This document shows, piece after piece, positions 40,991 to 50,967 of a DNA stretch of 64,000 nt. The stretch lies in the NCBI GenBank assembly GCA_022563395.1, contig JADFNM010000001.1, positions 334,342 to 398,341 of the forward strand, in the 5' to 3' direction. The notes beneath the pieces were generated by a model, which saw only the letters and a list, made by a program, of their open reading frames with translations, made no database searches and was not told where the DNA came from. Each line of letters begins with the position of its first letter. Position 1 is the first letter of the stretch. Position numbers and translations under genes: made by a program. Source of the DNA: Patescibacteria group bacterium. GTDB lineage: Bacteria; Patescibacteriota; Minisyncoccia; Minisyncoccales; UBA10102.

Positions 40991-41394
40991 GGTTCAACTA
41001 CGATGATTTCGCCTGTGACATACGGCATCAAATGGTCGTGCATACCCCATTCACCCACCTTTTCAAAAATAAACCCCCATTCTTCGCCTGGTCCAATGGT
41101 TTGTTTGGGGTCAAACTCTGAATACAGTGTATGCGTAGGATGAATATCCGAAGCCGGCCAGTGCCATTCATCAGTTTTGTTCACAAAACGAACATATGTA
41201 CCTTTTTTTACCTGCAGGGTTTGTGGGGTAAATCCATCTTCTGTAATCATAATAACATCTCCAGACGAAAAAAGGAGAGGGAAGGAAGGTATGCTTATTC
41301 CTCCTTTCCAAAATATTCCTCCTGCAATTACCAGTATACCAACTCCTCCGGCAAAAAGCACCCGCGAGAAGAAAAATGACTTCGATGGAATCAT
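40987..41394 (-). CDS. Membrane-anchored cupredoxin-like domain protein
   Basis: 135 aa. TM 'VLFAGGVGILVIAGGIFW', then 'FTPQTLQVKKGTYVRFVNKTDEWHWPASDIHPTH...GEWGMHDHLMPYVTGEIIVV'. This is the cupredoxin-like beta-sandwich pattern with a His/Met-rich site. Confidence 0.6.
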   Translation of the reverse strand: MIPSKSFFFSRVLFAGGVGILVIAGGIFWKGGISIPSFPLLFSSGDVIMITEDGFTPQTLQVKKGTYVRFVNKTDEWHWPASDIHPTHTLYSEFDPKQTIGPGEEWGFIFEKVGEWGMHDHLMPYVTGEIIVVEP

Positions 41395-41510
41395 GCAGTT
41401 AAAAAAATGTATTTCTTTCCCACAAAAAACAAAGCTGGCTTTTAGTATCGATACGCTCTTTCATTATACAAAGTTATGATAAAATTGGGAATACAGGGTT
41501 GTGATATACA

Positions 41511-42776
41511 TCATAAAACACGTTTGTTTAGGCAAGATTCGACATACGCCGGTTCGCTGTTGGCACAATACTCACGCAGAATTTCTTCCGAATAATAGTT
41601 CTCGTTATTCCCAAAGCCAATATTACTATAACAGGCAGCTTTTGCTTCTTCTTCAACTTTGCGGCAGAGTTGAAAAGGATTCTTGTTGCTCAGTAATGGA
41701 TCGAACAATACCCAGTAGCGAACAGTGCCGGCATAGCAAAATCGTACATATTCCTTATCGGAATATGCCCTACAAGATTCGATAAGATCAGTAATCTTTT
41801 CTTCATTACTTAAGTCTGGCTGGTTGAGTAGTTGAATAAGAAGAGAGTTTGCAGCAGAATCATAGCATCGTCGAATATAATCGTCTCTTTTAACCGGATC
41901 GGGTTCCGGAATGTTGTCGCAACCCTTAAAGTCATCTGCAGAATCAGCAGTATGGGTCCTTCCCGGCACATGACTGTAGCAATGCCCGCGGAACTTTTCT
42001 TCAATGTCGCCGCAAGGATAATAAAGATCATCCTCACTCCACACATTTTCGATGTTATGATTAAGATCACCATCTACACTACCGGGCTGGGAGCCGGCAT
42101 GAAAAACTCCACTTAAACAAAGCTGCACATCGTCGCTCAAAAATTCATCGCTCAATCCATCACACAATGCAAGTGTCTCTGTAAGGGGGACGTCTGCAAA
42201 AATAGCCATACCGTGCCCAAACCAATGCAAACACTGGTTAATGTAATATTGCGTCTCTTGAATTAACGGATTCTCCATACATGCCTCCCTAATTACTGTT
42301 GGACGTTCTTTGATCGGCAAATATGATAAAGCAGTCTCAATGACACCGTGGTAACATGCAAAAGCTCCAAAGCCATCACATTCTACGAGGGCCTTCCCGA
42401 TCCGAGATTTAAGATCCGTATCTGGTCCCCCATAATACTTGATTCCGTGATTTCCGATGGTATGGCCAAATGGATGGCTATAGGAAAGAAGATAGGTAAA
42501 CTCCTGAGAAAGCGGCTCAATCACCTGTAGTGCGGCGGGTATTCCTTTCTGTTCCGCAAGGAAAATAAGAACTTTATCTATACATTTAATTTGCTCTGCC
42601 TCGTCTTCAAACGTAAGGCATGATCTTACTTCAGCAGAGTATGTAGCAGCATCAAAGGTTTTATTGCTCTCACCCGTCTCGTCTGGTGTTGCTGCAGAAG
42701 TATAAGCTGCCACCCCAAAGACGACAAAGAACGCTAGAAGGTAAAGATATCTAATATGGAATAATACATTCTTCAT
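41511..42776 (-). CDS. Cys-pair/His-motif repeat protein, paralog 8 (pair D), function unknown
   Basis: ATG at 42776 forms an ATGA overlap with the upstream stop. TM 'YLYLLAFFVVFGVAAY'. Motifs 'FGHTIGNHG', 'ACYHGVIE', 'CLHWFGHGM', 'LYYPC'. Many C-x10-15-C pairs. Confidence 0.8.
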   Translation of the reverse strand: MKNVLFHIRYLYLLAFFVVFGVAAYTSAATPDETGESNKTFDAATYSAEVRSCLTFEDEAEQIKCIDKVLIFLAEQKGIPAALQVIEPLSQEFTYLLSYSHPFGHTIGNHGIKYYGGPDTDLKSRIGKALVECDGFGAFACYHGVIETALSYLPIKERPTVIREACMENPLIQETQYYINQCLHWFGHGMAIFADVPLTETLALCDGLSDEFLSDDVQLCLSGVFHAGSQPGSVDGDLNHNIENVWSEDDLYYPCGDIEEKFRGHCYSHVPGRTHTADSADDFKGCDNIPEPDPVKRDDYIRRCYDSAANSLLIQLLNQPDLSNEEKITDLIESCRAYSDKEYVRFCYAGTVRYWVLFDPLLSNKNPFQLCRKVEEEAKAACYSNIGFGNNENYYSEEILREYCANSEPAYVESCLNKRVL

Positions 42777-43972
42777 AATTCTTGCGAACGCTGTCCCAGA
42801 CAAACTTCATGAAAAGGACCACCCAACTCTTTACATAAAGTAATACGATTCTGAATACCTAAAAATTCCTCTATTACGTCTCCAAGCCTCTCGTGGCAGT
42901 ATGCCCGGAAAGCGTCGGGCGCCGTATTGCAAATTGCAAATCCCACCTCGGGAGTTGAGTTTGTATCGGCGATAACAGTCTTTGCTGCTCCAGAAATACA
43001 GAGACTGATCATTTCTTCATTATATCCTTCACTACAGCTTTCTGCAACGAACAAGGGATCATTGGGAGTTGCGAGAAATAAGCTTTCTCCGATCCGCGCC
43101 GTACATTCCCTTTGATAGTCTGACGGCACCCGTCTACATGTTGCAAATGCCTCCTTTGGATTAAGGGTTCTCCCATACGCAAGATATCCTGCAAAGATAA
43201 AGCAAGATCTCCTATACGTGGCATCGACCTGAACACAAAAGCTGGCTATATCCTGCGGCATGGCTGATCGCTGAATCTGCTCGGGAGATAGAGTACTTAA
43301 AACCATAAACACCGCATGCCCGCATTGAAACCTTCCCTCTTCATCTTGTAACACATCACATCGATCAAGGTTTGCCTGGAGGTCTGTTCCAAACAAATCA
43401 GTGATACCATGGCCAAAGCCATGGTAACAAGCCGAGACTCTCTTTTTATCTCCGGCATAATCCGGAGGATTACAAAAACCATCCACACTCTCAATACTAT
43501 TTCCGAGGGTAAGATATGTGTGGCCGACTCCGTTAAAACAACCTCCTTCGCATGCACTAGAACAATGAGTAAGAATATCAAGGCCATCATAACCTATCAT
43601 TATTGCAGCCTGCCCCAAATCATGGCCCAAACTATGACAAGGTGCTCCCTGTAAAACCATACCCTCTTTTGTTGCAATATAGGAATCGAATGCCTCTGAA
43701 ATTACTGCGAGACCATGCTCCTTCATGCCATCAAAAAATGCACGCTGATAACATGCATATCGGGGAGAACGGTCAAACTGACCCTCAAAAGGAAATACTT
43801 CGCAAGAACGAAACCATTGAAGAGCGCTCAAAGTATCGTGCCTCTGAGACTTTGGTAGAGGAGGAGAAGATTCAAAATAGCTATCGGACAAAAAACCCAA
43901 AACAATGCCGCCTACCATTACTACGGCTGCAAACATGAACAATGTCTTTTTTTCACTAAGTATGGCGTGCAT
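42773..43972 (-). CDS. Cys-pair/His-motif repeat protein, paralog 7 (pair D), function unknown
   Basis: TM 'LFMFAAVVMVGGIVLGF'. Motifs 'CHSLGHDLG', 'GCFNGVGH', 'CYHGFGHGI'. Repeated pairs such as 'FCVQVDATYRRSC' and 'TCRRVPSDYQREC'. Confidence 0.8.
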   Translation of the reverse strand: MHAILSEKKTLFMFAAVVMVGGIVLGFLSDSYFESSPPLPKSQRHDTLSALQWFRSCEVFPFEGQFDRSPRYACYQRAFFDGMKEHGLAVISEAFDSYIATKEGMVLQGAPCHSLGHDLGQAAIMIGYDGLDILTHCSSACEGGCFNGVGHTYLTLGNSIESVDGFCNPPDYAGDKKRVSACYHGFGHGITDLFGTDLQANLDRCDVLQDEEGRFQCGHAVFMVLSTLSPEQIQRSAMPQDIASFCVQVDATYRRSCFIFAGYLAYGRTLNPKEAFATCRRVPSDYQRECTARIGESLFLATPNDPLFVAESCSEGYNEEMISLCISGAAKTVIADTNSTPEVGFAICNTAPDAFRAYCHERLGDVIEEFLGIQNRITLCKELGGPFHEVCLGQRSQEL

Positions 43973-44050
43973 AGATGCGCTTTTTATTCTGCCAAAACCC
44001 CTCTTTTTACAACACGTGCTGTCATGGGATACTCACTATTTTTTTGAACT

Positions 44051-45148
44051 CTAACGATACGATTCAAGGGCTGAGTAACAAAAGTCTGCATCTTCTGATG
44101 TCTCCATTTGCTCGCAAAATAGTTCAGGGGCATTGCTTCCAAAATCAACCGGATTTTGATAAAAAGTGAGAATAATGCCTTTCACACACTTTCTAAAATA
44201 CTGCTCTCCCAAAGAATGACATGCTTCCCGTTTTGCCTTCATACTATATGGCTCATAGGCAATGCTTCCATAAACCTGGTGCTTACAGGTCTTTTGAGCC
44301 TCTTGATCCGGGACTTCCCCACATATTGGGAGCACATCCGGATAGGAAATCCCGGCAGAAATTGCCCTTTTTGCCACGTCAACATAACAGGTCCAGCGAT
44401 ACTCTTCAGGGATAATACCGCACGGATAGAATGGATCTTCCTCTTTATAAAAACGAGGGGGAGGAACTTCGAAATTACGATTGGCTAACTCCATAAAAAC
44501 ACCTGCCTGACACCAACGACGTTCGCGCAGTGCAAGAGAAGTTTCGTCGCATGCTTGAAGGGGCGAGATCAAATCATTTCTATCAAAGTCTGCCAGACCA
44601 TGGCCAAGACCATGAAGACATTCCTCAAGAAAATTTGGTTTTATTGCCTGAAATGAATGGCAAAGCCTACTCCCCTCTTTTACAAATTCATCAATAGTCC
44701 AATTATTAACGATGTGCAATTCCGAAAATAATCCATGAAGATACCCCCACGAACATAACGGACTTAATGACTCAAACGCCTCCTCAAACCCTCTCTGTGT
44801 AACGGCGGCCCGACTGATAGTATGTCCCAGACTATGACAACCACCCAAGGTTACGTACCGTTCATCATATAAGAACTGAAGTGCTGTTTGGGCTTGAGCG
44901 GAACCAAAACGGAGCACAATATTCGAAAGCTCTTTTTGCATGCAAAGCGTATCTTCAATCCTCCGATTCTCCTCTTGACCATCTGGGGGACGGCATTGCT
45001 CAACAATGACTTGTGCATACGACTCAACCGACTCCTGGGAACGAAAAGAAGAGGACTTTAAGAGTATTCCTAAATAAAACAAAAAACCTCCAATAAAAAA
45101 AATAAATGCAAAACCGAGCACCACTATAAAAAACAGGTTCCGCTTCAT
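44051..45148 (-). CDS. Cys-pair/His-motif repeat protein, paralog 6 (pair B), function unknown
   Basis: TM 'LFFIVVLGFAFIFFIGGFLFYLGIL'. Motifs 'GCHSLGHTI', 'CSWGYLHGL', 'CLHGLGHGL', 'CQAGVFMEL', 'DPFYPC'. Confidence 0.8.
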   Translation of the reverse strand: MKRNLFFIVVLGFAFIFFIGGFLFYLGILLKSSSFRSQESVESYAQVIVEQCRPPDGQEENRRIEDTLCMQKELSNIVLRFGSAQAQTALQFLYDERYVTLGGCHSLGHTISRAAVTQRGFEEAFESLSPLCSWGYLHGLFSELHIVNNWTIDEFVKEGSRLCHSFQAIKPNFLEECLHGLGHGLADFDRNDLISPLQACDETSLALRERRWCQAGVFMELANRNFEVPPPRFYKEEDPFYPCGIIPEEYRWTCYVDVAKRAISAGISYPDVLPICGEVPDQEAQKTCKHQVYGSIAYEPYSMKAKREACHSLGEQYFRKCVKGIILTFYQNPVDFGSNAPELFCEQMETSEDADFCYSALESYR

Positions 45149-46263
45149 TAAAAAAGTGACGCACGAGCGTATTCAACTGCTCCAAAACAACCTTCTCGAT
45201 CGATTCTGTCTGGCAAGGAGTTACAAAGCATTTCTGCTTGTTGAGACTGTTGCGCGAACGAATAATGCGTTGCAGCGGTAGAAGTACACAACGTCCGGTA
45301 TGTTGGATCGTACGTTACAAGTTTGTTGCATTCTTCAATAACTCGCTTTGGCTCACTGCTAAAATCCTGATTAATTGCAGAGCCCATTGCTCCAAAACAT
45401 TCCCGCAAGGTATCTTCCGCTGTGAAGTATAAACAGTATTCAGCACTTTTATCTACATCCTTCCATCCAAAATTATTTCGAACATGAAAGATGTGCTCTC
45501 GTACGCAGGCGGCCTCATACTGTTGGGGAACGCTGTTGCAGGGATAATACGGATCCTCCGAATACAACTGGTCGAGTGCACCCTCCCTCTCGTGCCTTCG
45601 CACCACATTCTCCATAGAAACCCCATCGTAACAATAAAAGCTAGCGAGTTTATCCAGAGACATACGATCGCAATCTTCATAAGAAGGAATGAGATCATAT
45701 CCTCGTACCACCATAATAGCATGCCCAATACCGTGAATACAGGCCGTAGTAGTTGTTCCGCTATGGGGGAGACTGAGGCATCCGTCGGCCAACTCCTCCA
45801 GGAGTTTTTGATTATAGCCGCTTTGCCGAATCGCCTCCAAAACAACTCCGTGGTAACATCCAAACTTAAAAAATGAATCACAGATGTTAAATGCCCCATA
45901 CCCCAGTTTTAAAAATGCAGCTTCGCCAATGACATGAATGAGTTCATGGTCATCCGCAGGCTCGTCAGAATAGACATCTCTCAAAAACTGCCGCGCTCTC
46001 TCATATCCGTATGCTTTGGCCCACTCTTTAAGCAAACGAACCTGTTCAAGCGAAGCAAGTGATGAATAACGAAACTTTTCGCCGTCAAACGGAGGAATGG
46101 ACCATTTGTTCAAAGGTTCTTCTTGTGATTGTGCGCTCTCCTTTTCAAATTCTGTCCCACCTGCAAAAAGTGGCAGATGATTTTTGCCAAAAAGAAATGC
46201 CTGAAAAATCATAACGCCAAGCAATATGTATATAAGGCTTATTCCGATAGATTGTATCTTCAT
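45148..46263 (-). CDS. Cys-pair/His-motif repeat protein, paralog 5 (pair C), function unknown
   Basis: TM 'IGISLIYILLGVMIFQAFLF'. Motifs 'HELIHVIGE', 'GCYHGVV', 'CIHGIGHAI', 'CYDGVSMEN', 'DPYYPC'. Confidence 0.8.
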   Translation of the reverse strand: MKIQSIGISLIYILLGVMIFQAFLFGKNHLPLFAGGTEFEKESAQSQEEPLNKWSIPPFDGEKFRYSSLASLEQVRLLKEWAKAYGYERARQFLRDVYSDEPADDHELIHVIGEAAFLKLGYGAFNICDSFFKFGCYHGVVLEAIRQSGYNQKLLEELADGCLSLPHSGTTTTACIHGIGHAIMVVRGYDLIPSYEDCDRMSLDKLASFYCYDGVSMENVVRRHEREGALDQLYSEDPYYPCNSVPQQYEAACVREHIFHVRNNFGWKDVDKSAEYCLYFTAEDTLRECFGAMGSAINQDFSSEPKRVIEECNKLVTYDPTYRTLCTSTAATHYSFAQQSQQAEMLCNSLPDRIDREGCFGAVEYARASLF

Positions 46264-46293
46264 GCTGGTAGCACGTTTGTAAAGGCAAAGTCT

Positions 46294-47343
46294 CTAAAAA
46301 TTTTGCTGCGACCGAAATGACTGAATTCTATTCAGACATGCGCTTTGATCTTCGATGTTGAGAAACGTTGCGCACAATTGCTCAGCATAGGCGAATCGTT
46401 TCGTCATTGAGAAATTGGTTACCGCGCCAAAAATACAAAAGCGGAAATATGCACCACTTTTTCGACAGTGTTCAATAACCGCTTCCGGATCATCATACAA
46501 TACTTCGGCATCTTGACTTCCTATCATACTAATACATTCTTGGCGGGTTTGTTCCTCCTTAAAAGAAAGGCAAAATGCCACCATTTCTTCAAGGTTAAAT
46601 CCGAAATTCCGCTGCAGAAATCCGATATGATTGCGCACGCACACGGCTTCGTACTTCTGAGGAATACTATTACAGGGATAGTAGGGGTCTTCATCGCTTC
46701 CATAGGGTTCGGATTCTGAGTCTATCATTGAACGGGTAATGTTTTCCATTGTTACACCGTCTTGGCACCAAAAACTTTCATCCGAGTTCAAAAACCGTTC
46801 GCACTCCTCATATGCTTTAAGAAGGTTATATTGTTTTATAACCATAATAGCATGCCCAAGACCGTGAAGACAGTTGCCAGGAAACGGCGAGCTGCGCCTA
46901 CAAGCTTCCCAAAGACCCTCACCTAAAAGTGGTTGTTCTCCATGGAAACGAATCGCAGCAAGCGCCGCTCCGTGAAAACATCCAAAGTTTAAAAACGTAT
47001 CGCAGCGTCCAAATCCGTCAAGACCTAATTCTTTAATTGCAATTTCGCCTAGTTTGTGACTCAGATCATGTTTTGATGGGGGTTCATCCGGATATGCTGA
47101 CTTCAGAAAACTCCAGACCGTATCAAAATTTTGGATGTTGCTCATATCATCTAACGCTCGGATTTGCATTTCATGCGACAACGTGCGAAAACGTTCTATC
47201 GAAATGCTGGATTTTTGCGAAATCTCCTCAGGGATGATACCCCCTCCTTGACTATAAAAATTATGCAGACCAAAAACCACCATACCCACAACCGAAAAAA
47301 AGGTGAAAAGGATTAAGGCCTTCTTCACTATAATTCTACGCAT
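46294..47343 (-). CDS. Cys-pair/His-motif repeat protein, paralog 4 (pair C), function unknown
   Basis: TM 'ALILFTFFSVVGMVVFGL'. Motifs 'HDLSHKLGE', 'GCFHGAA', 'CLHGLGHAI', 'CQDGVTMEN', 'DPYYPC'. Confidence 0.8.
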   Translation of the reverse strand: MRRIIVKKALILFTFFSVVGMVVFGLHNFYSQGGGIIPEEISQKSSISIERFRTLSHEMQIRALDDMSNIQNFDTVWSFLKSAYPDEPPSKHDLSHKLGEIAIKELGLDGFGRCDTFLNFGCFHGAALAAIRFHGEQPLLGEGLWEACRRSSPFPGNCLHGLGHAIMVIKQYNLLKAYEECERFLNSDESFWCQDGVTMENITRSMIDSESEPYGSDEDPYYPCNSIPQKYEAVCVRNHIGFLQRNFGFNLEEMVAFCLSFKEEQTRQECISMIGSQDAEVLYDDPEAVIEHCRKSGAYFRFCIFGAVTNFSMTKRFAYAEQLCATFLNIEDQSACLNRIQSFRSQQNF

Positions 47344-47447
47344 ATATCATCGTATTATAGACACTTTTCATGCATGTAAACAAGAGTCAATACAAATACA
47401 TACCACGTATTTCTGCTCGCAGCTGAATCTATTACATCCTGGCATTA

Positions 47448-48623
47448 TTATGGTTTTGAAGGTTTCAAAGCCGATTGGCATATCGCCAACTCTGCTCCGA
47501 CCATAACGTTACAGAATTGCTCAGGGGCGTCTTTATCAAAATTGATTACATTAGAAAGGGTATGAACAACGCCTTTGATACATTTCTTGGAGTACGCATC
47601 CCCCAGTGAACGACAGTTCTCAAGCCTCCCTTCCATATCGGGTCCTCCCCACGTGATACTCCCATAGAGCTGACTCATGCAATTCACAATCGCCCTTTTA
47701 TCAGGAATTCTTTGGCACAATGACACTACATCGGGGAAGGGAACGTCTGCATAAATTGCCCTAGGTGATACATCAATATAGCACGCCCAACGATATTCTT
47801 TTGGAGTAATATCGCACGGATAGAATGGATCTTCCTCTTTATAAAAATACGCCTTTTCTCCTTGGTTGGGCCGAGCCAACTGCATAAACACACCTGCTTG
47901 ACACTGCTGGCGGTCCTCAAAATCTTCTGAAGCTTTATCGCATGCTTTTAGGGGAGCAATCAAATCTTTGGGGTTAAAATCCGTAAGACCGTGCCCAAGA
48001 CCATGGAAGCAATTCCTAAGAAATTTTTTGGTTTCGCTTTCACCCTGTATACGACATGCCTCTCCGCCTTTTGCTGCGAATATATCAATTGTCCAATTTT
48101 GAGTGCTTTGGAGGGCGAAAAAAACTCCGTGGAGATAACCCCAGCTACAAAACGGATCTAATGCTCCCAAAGCTTCATCAATTCCTTTTTGAACGACTGT
48201 TACCCGGCCCACAAGATGCGCAATATTGTGACACTCGCCGAGATTTACACGACCATCTTCATAAAGTGTCCCAAGTGCTACTTGAGCCTCGGCGGTTCCA
48301 AAATCCGTCACAATCTCTTCTAGTACATTCTGTAGGCATCTATCCTCATCTATATCTAAATCTCCGGGTCTATCATCAATACACTTATTTACTATGAGTT
48401 TAACTTGCGACTCTGATAATTTTTTGGGGAAATGACTAAAAAATAGAGTGAATTCCGAAAATATTTTTTGGCTCCCAAACAACCCAACTACAAAAAAAAG
48501 GAGGAAGAAAGCGGCTAACACTATAATGAGTAACCTGCTGCTAAAATGTCTACCACCTTTTACTTTCAGCGTTGAAAAATGGTCTAATTGTATACGCATA
48601 TATATAAAATTCTGTATCGTCAC
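47448..48623 (-). CDS. Cys-pair/His-motif repeat protein, paralog 3 (pair B), function unknown
   Basis: The track start is GTG at 48623, giving a GTGA overlap with the upstream stop. An alternative ATG lies at 48599. TM 'LLIIVLAAFFLLFFVVGLFG'. Motifs 'ECHNIAHLVG', 'CSWGYLHGV', 'CFHGLGHGL', 'CQAGVFMQL', 'DPFYPC'. Confidence 0.8.
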   Translation of the reverse strand: MTIQNFIYMRIQLDHFSTLKVKGGRHFSSRLLIIVLAAFFLLFFVVGLFGSQKIFSEFTLFFSHFPKKLSESQVKLIVNKCIDDRPGDLDIDEDRCLQNVLEEIVTDFGTAEAQVALGTLYEDGRVNLGECHNIAHLVGRVTVVQKGIDEALGALDPFCSWGYLHGVFFALQSTQNWTIDIFAAKGGEACRIQGESETKKFLRNCFHGLGHGLTDFNPKDLIAPLKACDKASEDFEDRQQCQAGVFMQLARPNQGEKAYFYKEEDPFYPCDITPKEYRWACYIDVSPRAIYADVPFPDVVSLCQRIPDKRAIVNCMSQLYGSITWGGPDMEGRLENCRSLGDAYSKKCIKGVVHTLSNVINFDKDAPEQFCNVMVGAELAICQSALKPSKP

Positions 48624-49777
48624 TGTTCATCAAAACAAAAGGCGGCTTCTGATGGACCAAACATATTACAAAAACTCTCTTTCCCGCCTTCACCATGCAG
48701 CTTTTCAACATTTTGTCCAAGATACACAAAACAAACACGTTGGAGTTCTTCTTCTAGTACCCCGCACAAAGAACCCCCCAGTGATCCTGAAGGATCGGTA
48801 ACAAAACTTGAGAAAATCGCCCCCTCAACACACGCTTCTTTTTGATGCTGTTTACCAAATTTGCATGCCTCCCAAATTTTCTCTACTCGGCCTTGAGAAA
48901 GAAAAAATAGGTCTGCTCCTATAACAAAGTTGCATTCTTTAAAAAGAAGCGGTGATATACTCTCACAAGTTTGAAATGCTTTTTGGATATTATTCGATCT
49001 CTTCAATTCAAAACCTCCCACACTCTTTAAACATAAATCGGCATATATGCCAGGCAAAGTCTGACAAAAGCGAGGAATGTCTTGAGGTATTTCAAGGCGT
49101 GGATGACTTTCTGTGGGAGCATCAAAAATCTCCATAAAAACCCCAGTAGCACACTCATTTTGGGCATTCGTGTTATCAAGAAGATCGCATAAGTTTAGTG
49201 TCTTCACAAGGTCAAACTGAACCATACTAGCAAGCCCGTGCCCCAATCCATGATTGCAGGCAGTAAGATCTTGACCGGGCAGTGGGGAAGGAGAAAGTTT
49301 CTCACACACCGAAGGAAGATCATCTAGTAAGTTGGGATTAAGACGTAATACTCCGAGAGCCGCGCCGTGCGTGCATCCAAATCCGCACTTTCTTGTACAG
49401 CTTGCAAGAACTTCACCCGCATCTTCTTGTAACTCAATACCAAGCTCTCCGACCACATGACCAAGATTATGACAGGAAACTCTGGAGGCAACCCCTCCCG
49501 ATTCCTCATTCAAATATTCAAGCTCACTCATCATTGCATTCACACCATATCTAGAAACAAGCGGTCGGCTCTTCTCCCTGAAACAGCGAAAATAATGAGC
49601 CGTGTTGGTGTCTTCACCACATTCCTTCAAAACAGATGTGAGCTCGAAAGAAAGATCCTCTGCTTGGATGTCTGTACTTGACTCTCCGGAAAGAAAGGAC
49701 ATCATTCCCGCCACAAATCCACCTCCAAAAAATATAACAATGCTTATTTGAAAAATGAATTTTTTTATACGAGCCAT
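48620..49777 (-). CDS. Cys-pair/His-motif repeat protein, paralog 2 (pair A), function unknown
   Basis: TM 'FIFQISIVIFFGGGFVAGMM'. 20 Cys. Motifs 'SCHNLGHVVG', 'GCTHGAA', 'CNHGLGHGL', 'CATGVFMEI'. Confidence 0.8.
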   Translation of the reverse strand: MARIKKFIFQISIVIFFGGGFVAGMMSFLSGESSTDIQAEDLSFELTSVLKECGEDTNTAHYFRCFREKSRPLVSRYGVNAMMSELEYLNEESGGVASRVSCHNLGHVVGELGIELQEDAGEVLASCTRKCGFGCTHGAALGVLRLNPNLLDDLPSVCEKLSPSPLPGQDLTACNHGLGHGLASMVQFDLVKTLNLCDLLDNTNAQNECATGVFMEIFDAPTESHPRLEIPQDIPRFCQTLPGIYADLCLKSVGGFELKRSNNIQKAFQTCESISPLLFKECNFVIGADLFFLSQGRVEKIWEACKFGKQHQKEACVEGAIFSSFVTDPSGSLGGSLCGVLEEELQRVCFVYLGQNVEKLHGEGGKESFCNMFGPSEAAFCFDEQ

Positions 49778-49779
49778 GT

Positions 49780-50967
49780 TTAATTATTCAGCTGGGTAAG
49801 ACAGTGTTTTTGAAACGAATCGGGAATAACCGAAGATTCGCAAAACTGTTCCTGTTTTTGCGGCCCGTGTCGCTCTTTAACATACAAACCAAGTAATTCA
49901 AAACATGTTGGCTTAAAACCTTCTTCGATAATCACGCATAAAGAAGCTCCATGCCGTTCTGAGTCGGATATGACGCTCGAAACCAACGCTCCCTCAAGGC
50001 ATGCACGATACGAGGCTGGGGAGGGCGCCTTTTTGCAGGAACGAACTATATCTTCTCTCTCTCCCTCAAAAACAAAGTAAAAGTTTTGGCCGGTAGAAAC
50101 GATACACGGGCGTTGTAAGGATGAAGGCGCCTCCCCACATGTTGTAAATGCCTTTTCCTCATCCCTCGATCTCCCATACTCGTGTACCCCGGCAGTAACA
50201 TAGCATACTTCTGCATACACCCCCCAGAGCGTACTGCAGAAATCGGGTATGTCTTCAGGAAACTCGAGAAGAGGATGCTCAAAACTTGAAGGTTCGTAGA
50301 GTTCCATAAAAACGCCAGTACCACAATCTTTTCTTTCCTCCTCCTTTTGTAGGGAGTCGCAAAGCTCAAGGGATCTTTTAAGTTTGTATCCTGCAATGGT
50401 GGCGACGCCGTGGCCAAGCCCGTGAAAACATGCCGAGCGAGATCCACGATTCAAATCATCATCTGGTATTGCAGCACAAAGTTTCGGAAGTTCGTCAAGC
50501 AGGTTGGCTCCACGAGCAAGAAAACCCTCGACTACTCCATGATAACAACCATATGTACAGAGAGACGAACAGCTTGAAATCGTTGAATCCATATTCTTAG
50601 AATGCAGACCTCCTACCTGACCAATGGCATGAAGAAGATCATGGCACTGTGTAATGGCTCCGGCTTGACTAGTATTGCGAGCGGTGAACATCTGTTCAAC
50701 GGCATTAATAAAGGGAGAGATTCCGTACGTTTTTACCGCCTCTTCGATATGCTTTCTAAAACAAAGTATGCTGCGAGACCGGTCACTTTCCGGTTTGCAT
50801 ATGTTTTGAACGTTTATGATCTGAGAAGAAATATCATCTTGATAATTCTCAGAGAAAGAAATCCGTGAATTGTACAGCGAAACAAAAGATAGTCCAAAAT
50901 GGACATTCAGAATAATCCCGAACAAAAAAACAAAAGTTAAAACTATGCCCAAAACAGATGGTCTCAT
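49780..50967 (-). CDS. Cys-pair/His-motif repeat protein, paralog 1 (pair A), function unknown
   Basis: ATG at 50967; the track start at 50976 is TTG. TM 'VLGIVLTFVFLFGIILNV'. 20 Cys. Motifs 'QCHDLLHAIG', 'GCYHGVV', 'CFHGLGHGV', 'CGTGVFMEL'. Confidence 0.8.
   Translation of the reverse strand: MRPSVLGIVLTFVFLFGIILNVHFGLSFVSLYNSRISFSENYQDDISSQIINVQNICKPESDRSRSILCFRKHIEEAVKTYGISPFINAVEQMFTARNTSQAGAITQCHDLLHAIGQVGGLHSKNMDSTISSCSSLCTYGCYHGVVEGFLARGANLLDELPKLCAAIPDDDLNRGSRSACFHGLGHGVATIAGYKLKRSLELCDSLQKEEERKDCGTGVFMELYEPSSFEHPLLEFPEDIPDFCSTLWGVYAEVCYVTAGVHEYGRSRDEEKAFTTCGEAPSSLQRPCIVSTGQNFYFVFEGEREDIVRSCKKAPSPASYRACLEGALVSSVISDSERHGASLCVIIEEGFKPTCFELLGLYVKERHGPQKQEQFCESSVIPDSFQKHCLTQLNN

Noticed and set aside
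40364-41143. Four additional long ORFs across the FYPQ repeat: plus-strand 'ELRVELRVE...', minus-strand 'LPSVLPSV...' and minus-strand 'PSLSTMPSLST...'.
   Set aside because: They are artefacts of a stop-free 12-nt repeat that leaves all six frames open. Only the 40400..40990 frame has a signal peptide, an ATG coupled to the upstream stop, and tight spacing to the downstream gene.
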